From an uncultured Bacilli bacterium (GTDB taxonomy: Bacteria > Bacillota_I > Bacilli_A > ML615J-28 > CAG-313), in assembly GCA_944326155.1 (NCBI GenBank), contig CALVCV010000005.1, positions 2,107-66,106 on the forward strand: DNA of 64,000 bases. Reading direction: 5' to 3'. The notes beneath the pieces are model-generated. The model was not told the DNA's origin. It saw only the letters and a program-made list of their open reading frames with translations, and ran no database searches. The position numbers and the translations under genes are program-made. Shown here piece after piece: positions 38,401-45,475 of this stretch; the stretch's first letter is position 1, and every line of letters begins with the position of its first letter.

Positions 38401-40980
38401 GTTAACCCAGTAGCCGAAGAATTAATATTAACAGAAGATATTACATTATATGGAAAATATTCATTACCTGCAATTTTAACTATTGTTTATAACAATGGTG
38501 TATCTGATGAGGTAATTGTATACTCTCAAGGTGATGTAGTATCTCTTGCAAGACCTGATTATGAAGGACATACATTTATTGGTTGGTATACTCTTCCAAA
38601 TTATGAAGCATGGAATAATGGTTCTGTAATTACAGAAGATTTAACAATTTATGCAAATTGGCAATTAGCTCCAATTTATAGCAATAATTATTTAGTAACT
38701 GAAGTAAACAATGATTCAGATAATAGTGAATTCGGTGGTGTATCTGATGTTTATACAAGAACTGGTGCATTTGCTGATATTGACCCATATGGACTTGCTC
38801 CAAAAGGTAATTCATGGCCAATTAATAATGCTGTTAAAATTAGCAATTACAAATCAGAAACTTCAACATTAGAATTTTATATTGGTGAGACTGTATATAA
38901 AGGCTTTATTGATCCAAATTCTGAAATTATGATTGTTAACTCTGCTGCAGGTTTAGATGCAGAATTAGTAGAAGTATGGTTCTTAAATCCATATGAACAA
39001 ACAAGTATTTCTGATAAACTTCTTTCTTCATATTGGGATGGTGGTAAGACTAGAACAATGGAATATACATATGAAGGAACTACATATACTTTCTTTGTAT
39101 ATAATAATAATGTTTATTTTGATGTTGCGTTTAAAGATGCAGAAGGCAATACTGTTTCAGCAGACGATTGCTTTGGTAGTGAGAACTTATATGTTACTGA
39201 TGAAAAAGGTAAATTAATTGCTAAGTTTGGTTTTGATGGTGAAAAGATGGTTGCTCTCGATGGGTTAGAAGGCACATATACTAATGAAACTGAAGGTGCA
39301 ATTACTCTTAATGGTGTAAAAGTTCTTACAAAAGGTGAATTAAAAGGTACTTATGCAATTGTAGAAGGTGCTGAATATACATTAGATGTATATCTTGATG
39401 GACAATATTTTGAAGTTACTTTAGATATGGAAACTAAGACATACACTATGAATAAGCCTATGGTAACTATTACATTTGATGCAGGTGATAAAGCTACTGT
39501 TGATGAGGTAGAAGTAAATAAGAATATAGCAATTCAATTAGCTACTCCTACAAATGCTGATTATATATTTAGAGGTTGGTATTTAGATGATGAATTTGTA
39601 AATGTGGTTGATTTAGAAGCTTACGTACCAACAAAAGATTGTACTTTATATGCTAAATGGGATATTAAAGTAACATTAATTGTTATTTACGGTAATGGTT
39701 TAAATGATGAAGTATTAGAATATGGTGCTGGTGATCTTGTAGCTCCTGTTGAACCTGCATTTACAAATGGTCAAATTTTTGATGGTTGGTTCTTAGATGA
39801 TACATTTGAAACTCCATATACAGTAAGTACTATTGAAGAAGATACTACCATTTATTGTAAGTGGATGGATGCTAATGCTTTATATGGTGAATATGCTGGA
39901 TTTGAAATTTGGGGTAGTAGTACTAATGGATCAACATCATCTGGTGCTACTTCTGCTAAAACATTTACTGTAGATCCTGCAGGTAATGCAAAAGGTTCTG
40001 ACTCAGGTGTAGTTACTGATTACAATCCTGAAACAGGTTTCTTTAAATTAGTTAATGGAACAAGTTATAATTATGGTTACTTTGATGCTGAAAATGGAGT
40101 AATTGTTCTTAATTATTATTCAGGCGATGAATTGGGTGATGATTATTATGTATTCTTCAGAGATTATCAAACCGCAAAATCTGGTAGTTTATATTCAAGT
40201 TATTGGCTTGCTGGTTATGCAAGATTAATGGAAGTTGCATTAACCACTAAGACGGGTGAAGCTGAAACTATTCTTATGTTTGTATATAATGATGAAGTTC
40301 ATGTAAATGTAACTTATAGTTCTCCTACAAATCCTGATGAATTTGGTCCAGAAGAAGCTTATAAACAAAATAGTATTAATATCTATGCTGAAAATGGTGA
40401 ATTATTATATGAATTCACTAAGAAAGGCGCTGGTCTAGAGCTTAAAGCATTAGATGGTTACCAAGGTACATATACAGTTGGTTCTGATACATTAGTATTA
40501 GATGGCTATGGTGCTGGTACATTAAATGGTGTAGCTATGACTTATACATTTGCTGATACATTATTTACAGTTGTTTGTGCAGATGTAGTAACATATTATG
40601 AATATGATGCTGAAGCATCTACATTTACTGTAAAAGAAATGGATGTTTTAGCTGGTAAAGTTGCAACTATTACATATGCTTGTCCTGAAGGATATGGATA
40701 TGACACACATACTATTACATATACATTTGATGGTATTAGTAAAGTAGTTATTGAATTTGAATGTGAAAATTATTATAGTTATTGCTATCCTACAATGAGT
40801 GGTGAAGCAACATATACTCTTGAAGGTAACGTATTAACAATTACTAAAGGTTCTACAACAGTTGTATTTGAACTTGATAATGTTGAAAATCCTACAACAT
40901 TAACTTGTACATCAACAACTCTTTCAGAATATGTTGATAGTGATTACTTTGATGTAAATACAGTTGCTACAGTAGCATAG
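35494..40980 (+). CDS. Large acidic surface lipoprotein with Cys-rich N-terminal repeats and ~6 InlB B-repeats
   Basis: Lipobox AMTAC; PT.TEEG...CxxCG repeats; F.GW(Y/F).D...LYAKW repeats interspersed with YxGTYT modules. Confidence 0.75.
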   Translation: MKKSKIYLALIFSVLLMAMTACVTIADPHSHSYSDWIIDVEPTETTVGKAHRTCECGESVTTDVPAFSDETVWIKYVDVDPTCTEEGTVIYASDFGVFEVTAKPLPHTFAEYEVVVAPTLTEEGTAKGKCSVCGTEITVDLPVLTDESFWKVVDEKASTCSEAGYKTFSSAYVEVTIDLELAAHTYEWTITVAPTLTEEGTALGVCSECGDEQEVVLPALTDEEVWTKVSETEATYNEGGKVVYESLYGIVEIDTAKKVAPYDGKTYTTFEYDSTDYSSKTLSPERITLNNVTLDTFGKGEGSSYPLNGEIAIKMVNEETGEIEISVDGTASVGYVDFASGIIITPYYSTFDDIFVWVPFEVATSSDIRTNSQGSSWDNSMAITYAVDGVEYSLFVNNGKVYGGVEFVDAEGASVAAADCYENDYVYVKDQEGNQLFGFAYNGTELVATDGYEGTYTIEDITVVVSGYGVVTVSEAEGTYEVLDAGAKVLAVYVNDEYLEVTLDTENMTCTMSKPMITITFDTDDKATVEALTINKNIAVELPVPTNETWVFRGWYLDSKFTEVVPETFAAETSVTLYALWAQKVTLNLNGVLEGDESVLILGEGDIIGDYLPAYGVEAELNKVFKGWFLDENYETSLPEAATVTTADDNTTVYAKWEDLPAYYGEYLGTEIWGETSGNSSTYTLTIDENGKISGKLTGTVQSYDPETQLITWVDSSNKVRYFWYNAEAEVVVVPYSERTPIEIGTDFYIAGKHQTTNNVATNYGINVPKTPGSSSTGYYARFVNVMTVDGPKDLFVYNNYIYSAFEATDTSGNPLTAATVKNSKTLVVKDAEGNTIVAVASLGASFDDETDTVVLDTYYGTYTNETETIVLDGVGGVVYGEKTGTYAVASEDAGYDFDIYLENNTEYYQLTIEGTNFTIVKPTVTVTFVVGDHTPVPQMEANINVVVSLPEVVEDGFVFNGWFTDDKFVNPVAEELILTEDITLYGKYSLPAILTIVYNNGVSDEVIVYSQGDVVSLARPDYEGHTFIGWYTLPNYEAWNNGSVITEDLTIYANWQLAPIYSNNYLVTEVNNDSDNSEFGGVSDVYTRTGAFADIDPYGLAPKGNSWPINNAVKISNYKSETSTLEFYIGETVYKGFIDPNSEIMIVNSAAGLDAELVEVWFLNPYEQTSISDKLLSSYWDGGKTRTMEYTYEGTTYTFFVYNNNVYFDVAFKDAEGNTVSADDCFGSENLYVTDEKGKLIAKFGFDGEKMVALDGLEGTYTNETEGAITLNGVKVLTKGELKGTYAIVEGAEYTLDVYLDGQYFEVTLDMETKTYTMNKPMVTITFDAGDKATVDEVEVNKNIAIQLATPTNADYIFRGWYLDDEFVNVVDLEAYVPTKDCTLYAKWDIKVTLIVIYGNGLNDEVLEYGAGDLVAPVEPAFTNGQIFDGWFLDDTFETPYTVSTIEEDTTIYCKWMDANALYGEYAGFEIWGSSTNGSTSSGATSAKTFTVDPAGNAKGSDSGVVTDYNPETGFFKLVNGTSYNYGYFDAENGVIVLNYYSGDELGDDYYVFFRDYQTAKSGSLYSSYWLAGYARLMEVALTTKTGEAETILMFVYNDEVHVNVTYSSPTNPDEFGPEEAYKQNSINIYAENGELLYEFTKKGAGLELKALDGYQGTYTVGSDTLVLDGYGAGTLNGVAMTYTFADTLFTVVCADVVTYYEYDAEASTFTVKEMDVLAGKVATITYACPEGYGYDTHTITYTFDGISKVVIEFECENYYSYCYPTMSGEATYTLEGNVLTITKGSTTVVFELDNVENPTTLTCTSTTLSEYVDSDYFDVNTVATVA
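35839..36099 (+). repeat. Intragenic direct repeat (33 bp, 1 mismatch, 228 bp period)
   Basis: GTTGCTCCAACT(C/T)TAACTGAAGAAGGTACTGCT at 35839-35871 and 36067-36099. Confidence 0.85.
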
Positions 40981-40988
40981 TTTATACA

Positions 40989-41024
40989 AAAAAAGCATAG
41001 TGAGAAAATTTACTATGCTTTTTT
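40989..41024 (+). terminator. Intrinsic terminator ending the 31-kb locus
   Basis: AAAAAAGCATAGT-N10-ACTATGCTTTTTT. Confidence 0.85.
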
Positions 41025-41032
41025 CATATAAA

Positions 41033-41070
41033 AAAAAGTAAGATTATATTTAAATATAATCTTACTTTTT
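41033..41070 (-). terminator. Perfect 38-bp palindrome, likely terminator of the convergent SDR gene
   Basis: AAAAAGTAAGATTATATTT|AAATATAATCTTACTTTTT. Confidence 0.7.
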
Positions 41071-41115
41071 ATTAGATGTAATTGAGGCAAACGTTTCAAA
41101 AACATTTATCATATC

Positions 41116-42132
41116 TTATTTTATTAATTTATGTTCTTCAAGCCATTTGATTGTATCTTTAATAGTTTGTTTAAATTTAGTATTTTTAAAATTTAATTCT
41201 TTTTTTGCTTTTTCATTAGAAAAATTGGAATTGGAAGTAAGCGTATATAAGGAATAACTTGTGTAAAGAGGGGGTTGTTTTAGCAAGGAATAATATGCCT
41301 CAGATAAGGGTGCTGTTAATTTTGCAAACCATAATGGTAAAATTGTTTTAATTTTTTTTATATTTCTTACTTCACTAACCATATCCAATAATTCTTTAAT
41401 TGAAAAGTAATGATTTGACAAAATATAACAATCACCTTTTTTCCCCATCGTGCAAGCATTTATTATACCATCTGCAACATCTCTTACATCAACGAAATCA
41501 TATCCACCTCTTACACAAGCAGTTAATCGCTTGTTGCAAAAATCAATTAATAGTTGTGTTAAATGACTACGACCAAAATCATATGGGCCAATAATCCCGG
41601 ATGGATGTACAATGCAAGCATTTAAATTTTTGGTCTTTGTCATTTCTAAAACATATTTAGCACATTCAGCTTTGGTTTTGGCATATAACCCTTTCACTTT
41701 TTTTGGATCAAAATCATCGATTTCGGTCATAACTTCATGATTAGGTTTTTCCCAAATAGCATGTACACTATTGACATAAATTAGTTTAGCGTCAATTTCT
41801 AATACTTTATCAATAATATTCTTTGTACCATTTACATTTACATCATAAACTTTAGAGTTTTTACGATTTTTAATATATACTATTGCGGCGCAATGTATTA
41901 CATATACAGGAATATTTTGCTGAACTTTAAAAATATCAGCTAAAGTTTCTTTTTTGGTAACATCACCATAAAAAATTTTACAATTTAAATTTTCTAAAGC
42001 ATTAATTTTATCATTTGGAAGAACTAGTGCTCTAACTTCATTTTCAGAATTTATAACTATTTTTCTAATAATATTATTGCCGAGAAAACCGTTTGCACCA
42101 GTTACAATAAAAATTTTTTTCACTGTGCTCAT
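41116..42132 (-). CDS. NAD-dependent epimerase/dehydratase (extended SDR, dihydroflavonol-reductase/HpnA-like)
   Basis: VTGANGFLG, HCAA, NVNGT, YAKTK (YxxxK), DFVDVRDVA. Confidence 0.9.
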   Translation of the reverse strand: MSTVKKIFIVTGANGFLGNNIIRKIVINSENEVRALVLPNDKINALENLNCKIFYGDVTKKETLADIFKVQQNIPVYVIHCAAIVYIKNRKNSKVYDVNVNGTKNIIDKVLEIDAKLIYVNSVHAIWEKPNHEVMTEIDDFDPKKVKGLYAKTKAECAKYVLEMTKTKNLNACIVHPSGIIGPYDFGRSHLTQLLIDFCNKRLTACVRGGYDFVDVRDVADGIINACTMGKKGDCYILSNHYFSIKELLDMVSEVRNIKKIKTILPLWFAKLTAPLSEAYYSLLKQPPLYTSYSLYTLTSNSNFSNEKAKKELNFKNTKFKQTIKDTIKWLEEHKLIK

Positions 42133-42178
42133 CTCCTTTGAAAGATGTAATAAGAAATTACCATATCTTTACAATTTT

Positions 42179-42207
42179 ATTATAACATCTAATTAAATGA
42201 ATGTCAA
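42179..42207 (-). promoter_or_regulatory. Consensus SigA promoter of the SDR gene
   Basis: TTGACA-17-TATAAT with extended TG on the minus strand. Confidence 0.8.
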
Positions 42208-42258
42208 CCTTCATCAGTAATTTTTCATAATAATATCACAAAAAAATTATAATATTAT

Positions 42259-42287
42259 TTGATAGATAGAAAGATTTGCGATATAAT
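42259..42287 (+). promoter_or_regulatory. SigA promoter of trpB
   Basis: TTGATA-17-TATAAT. Confidence 0.6.
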
Positions 42288-42328
42288 AATATGATTAAAA
42301 ATTGTTGGAATTCAGGAGGATTATAGAT

Positions 42329-43570
42329 ATGAAGATAAAAGATGTTGATTTCGAGACTTATTTAAAACACTATCCAACAAAAGACGGATATTTTGGAAAA
42401 TATGGCGGATGTTATCTATCAAAGGAGTTAACCGAAGCATTTGATGAAATAAGCAAAGCATACCAAACTATTTGTCATTCTGCACAATTTATTAGTGAAT
42501 TAAGAAGAATCAGGGTTCAATTTCAAGGTCGTCCTACACCAGTATACCATTGTGAAAGATTATCCAAATATATTGGAGGGGCACAAATATATTTAAAAAG
42601 AGAAGATTTGAATCATACAGGTGCTCATAAATTAAATCATTGTATGGGTGAAGGACTTCTTGCAAAATATCTAGGTAAGAAAAAACTAATTGCTGAAACG
42701 GGTGCTGGTCAACATGGGTTAGCACTTGCTACAGCTGCTGCCTATTTTGGTCTTGAATGTGAAATTCATATGGGAGAAGTAGATATTAAAAAGCAAGCTT
42801 CAAATGTTGCTAAAATGAAGTTATTAGGTGCAAAAGTTATATGTGTAACAAAAGGCAACAAAACATTAAAAGAAGCAGTTGATTCAGCTTTTGAAAGTTA
42901 TTTAAAAGATTACAAAAACTCAATATATTGTATTGGATCTACGTTAGGACCTCATCCTTTTCCGTTAATGGTTAGAGATTTTCAATCCGTAATTGGAATT
43001 GAGGCAAGAGAGCAGTATAAAGCAATGACGGGTGAATTACCAGATGTAGTTTGTGCATGTGTAGGCGGTGGTAGTAACTCACTTGGTATGTTTGTACCTT
43101 TTTTAAATGATCCTGTTAAATTAATAGGTATTGAACCACTTGGTAAAAATGCTAAAAAAGGTAATCATGCCGCAAGCATTACATATGGTACTGAAGGTAT
43201 TATGCATGGTTTTAATTCAATTATGTTAAAAGATGAAGATGGTAACCCATCAAGTGTATATTCTATAGCAAGTGGTCTTGATTATCCTTCAGTAGGCCCT
43301 GAACATGCATTTTTAAATGATATCGGTAGAGTACTATATGATACAGTAAGTGATGAGGAAGCTGTTGAGGCATTTTACTTATTGTCTAAATATGAAGGCA
43401 TTATTCCTGCTTTAGAGAGTTCTCATGCTCTAGCATATGCTATTCGTCTTGCAAAAACAAATATGGAAACAGGATCGATATTAGTTAATTTATCTGGACG
43501 TGGCGATAAAGATGTCGATTTTGTACTTAATAAATATGGACTCGATTATTTAGAAAAGAATAAAAGATAA
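42329..43570 (+). CDS. trpB: Tryptophan synthase beta chain (stand-alone)
   Basis: [13 protein letters not shown] (PLP Lys), [37 protein letters not shown]; RBS AGGAGG favours ATG 42329. Confidence 0.95.
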   Translation: MKIKDVDFETYLKHYPTKDGYFGKYGGCYLSKELTEAFDEISKAYQTICHSAQFISELRRIRVQFQGRPTPVYHCERLSKYIGGAQIYLKREDLNHTGAHKLNHCMGEGLLAKYLGKKKLIAETGAGQHGLALATAAAYFGLECEIHMGEVDIKKQASNVAKMKLLGAKVICVTKGNKTLKEAVDSAFESYLKDYKNSIYCIGSTLGPHPFPLMVRDFQSVIGIEAREQYKAMTGELPDVVCACVGGGSNSLGMFVPFLNDPVKLIGIEPLGKNAKKGNHAASITYGTEGIMHGFNSIMLKDEDGNPSSVYSIASGLDYPSVGPEHAFLNDIGRVLYDTVSDEEAVEAFYLLSKYEGIIPALESSHALAYAIRLAKTNMETGSILVNLSGRGDKDVDFVLNKYGLDYLEKNKR

Positions 43571-43580
43571 ATTAATAGAT

Positions 43581-43611
43581 AAAAAAGATGATGCAAAATC
43601 ATCTTTTTTTT
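43581..43611 (+). terminator. Intrinsic terminator after trpB
   Basis: AAAAAAGATGAT-N5-ATCATCTTTTTT. Confidence 0.8.
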
Positions 43612-43693
43612 AAAAAAATTATATAAAAAATTATTTATTTATTTTTTTTTGCTATAATAAATATGCAAACAAATGTAAATTTTTGTCATATTT

Positions 43694-43720
43694 TGAAACA
43701 AAATAGCAATGATTTGCGTA
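43694..43720 (+). promoter_or_regulatory. ECF-sigma promoter (probably autoregulatory)
   Basis: TGAAAC-N17-CGTA, resembling the SigW/SigM consensus, directly upstream of the ECF sigma gene. Confidence 0.65.
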
Positions 43721-43772
43721 TTATTGTATGAAAGATATGGCCAGTCTTTCAAAAAAATGTATGAGGTACCTT

Positions 43773-44306
43773 ATGGATATAGAAGTTTTGGCAGTACGCA
43801 CTCTTAAAGGAAATAAACAAAACGATATTGAAGAAGCATTTTGCTATTTATACAATAAATATTGTAAATTAGTTTATAGTTGTATTTTAGCTATTGTAAA
43901 GGATAGTCGTGATGCAGAAGAACTAACGGATGATACTTTTATTAAATTATTTAACAATAGACAAAATATCTCCGAAGAAAAGAATTTTAAATTCTTTCTT
44001 GTAACGATAGCAAAAAACTTAGCAATTGATTTTTTGAGAAAGAAAAGAGCTAAAATTGTACTAGATGAAGAATATATTTTCAATTGTATTCAAACAGAAG
44101 AGCCAAAAGAATGGATTGACATTAGACATGAGATGGCAAAGCACCTAACGGATGAAGAAATTGAAATTATTTTAGCTCATCTAGTATTTGGTGAAACTTT
44201 TCAGACAATTTCTAATCATTATAATGTTTCTATTCATACTATTAAGTCTAAATATTTTAGAGCAATTAAAAAATTTAAAGAAGAATCGAGGAAAGATTAT
44301 GAGTAG
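43773..44306 (+). CDS. ECF RNA polymerase sigma factor
   Basis: Region 2 AF..LY.KY..LVY..DAEELTDDTFIK..IAKNLAIDFLRK; region 4 TFQTIS..YNVSIHTIKSKYFRA; RBS GAGGT favours ATG 43773 (alternative start 43728). Confidence 0.88.
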   Translation: MDIEVLAVRTLKGNKQNDIEEAFCYLYNKYCKLVYSCILAIVKDSRDAEELTDDTFIKLFNNRQNISEEKNFKFFLVTIAKNLAIDFLRKKRAKIVLDEEYIFNCIQTEEPKEWIDIRHEMAKHLTDEEIEIILAHLVFGETFQTISNHYNVSIHTIKSKYFRAIKKFKEESRKDYE

Positions 44307-45474
44307 TAAAAAAAGATTGTCACAAGAAGAAAAAGTAGTTGAATTTATTGTTAGCAATGTAGAACAAAATCATTTTGATTATTCCAATGTAAGACAAAAA
44401 ATAAATTTTAAGATAGGAGAAAATAAACCAGTTAAAAATAACTCTTTATTTAATAATACTCTCAAATTTGCATTATCATTTTCTATTGCTATAATGAGCA
44501 TTATTACAATGTTTTTTGCGATAAATAATGAATATGGCATTTTAAAAAATAATAAAGTCTTAAGTACTATTGTTGCAAATGATACAAACGAAAATTATAC
44601 TACACCAACAGAACCTCTAAATAGTATATATGCATTAATGTTTAACTATGATCAAATATTATTATATAATAGGCGCATTTACGAAGTTACTTTCTCTAAA
44701 GATAACGATTCTAATTATTATTGTGCTTATTTACCAAATAAAATTATAGAAGAAATAGAGCAATATGCTAAATGGGAAACAAGTAAAATTAATTTTGAAA
44801 AAATGGCGATTTTTTCAGCGTTACAAGGTATAGATAATTTACTTCTTAAATATAAAAGTTACTGTGAAAGAAAAAACATAGATATAATCAATAGTGCCTA
44901 TGCTTTAAAATGGGTGATTGCTAAAGATGTAGAAAGTATTATAAACCAAATTGGTGAATATCAATTGATTTTAATTATGAATGTTCAAGATAACAATGGA
45001 TTAAAACAATTGACAAATTACAACAATCCCAATCCAATTTTTAAGTATATATCCGAATCTAAATTTAAGGTTGTGGATAATCAAATTCAGTTACTAAATA
45101 AGGAATATGATATATATGCTTTTGACAAATACATTCATGTCAGTAATTTACTGAAAACCAATCAAAATACTTTATATGTTTATGAAAAACAATTTTTTTG
45201 GAATTCAATTAGGGTACATGATTTTAATGGTATCGATTATCTAGAACAAATTATACCACATGAATATTTTGTACATATGGCTGATGAACATTCAGATGGA
45301 TCAGATTGTATTCACGCAGGATTTGAAGGATATTATCAAATTAGTAATCTTTTATCTCCTTATAAATTATTAGAATTTCCTGCTTTGGATATTATTGGTA
45401 AACAAGGTATAAAGATTATATATGATTATGATAGAGTAAAACAACTTTTTGAAACTGGTTTTTCTATTGATTAA
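44299..45474 (+). CDS. Putative membrane-bound anti-sigma factor with extracellular domain
   Basis: ATG overlaps the sigma 3' end; short cytoplasmic N-terminus, one TM (FALSFSIAIMSIITMFFAI), ~310-aa outer domain. Confidence 0.6.
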   Translation: MSSKKRLSQEEKVVEFIVSNVEQNHFDYSNVRQKINFKIGENKPVKNNSLFNNTLKFALSFSIAIMSIITMFFAINNEYGILKNNKVLSTIVANDTNENYTTPTEPLNSIYALMFNYDQILLYNRRIYEVTFSKDNDSNYYCAYLPNKIIEEIEQYAKWETSKINFEKMAIFSALQGIDNLLLKYKSYCERKNIDIINSAYALKWVIAKDVESIINQIGEYQLILIMNVQDNNGLKQLTNYNNPNPIFKYISESKFKVVDNQIQLLNKEYDIYAFDKYIHVSNLLKTNQNTLYVYEKQFFWNSIRVHDFNGIDYLEQIIPHEYFVHMADEHSDGSDCIHAGFEGYYQISNLLSPYKLLEFPALDIIGKQGIKIIYDYDRVKQLFETGFSID

Positions 45475-45475
45475 T

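Noticed and set aside
41071-42193. 9-bp inverted repeat ATTAGATGT/ACATCTAAT flanking the SDR gene as possible mobile-element ends
   Set aside because: Short and AT-rich, no transposase or target duplication, and one copy is part of the promoter spacer
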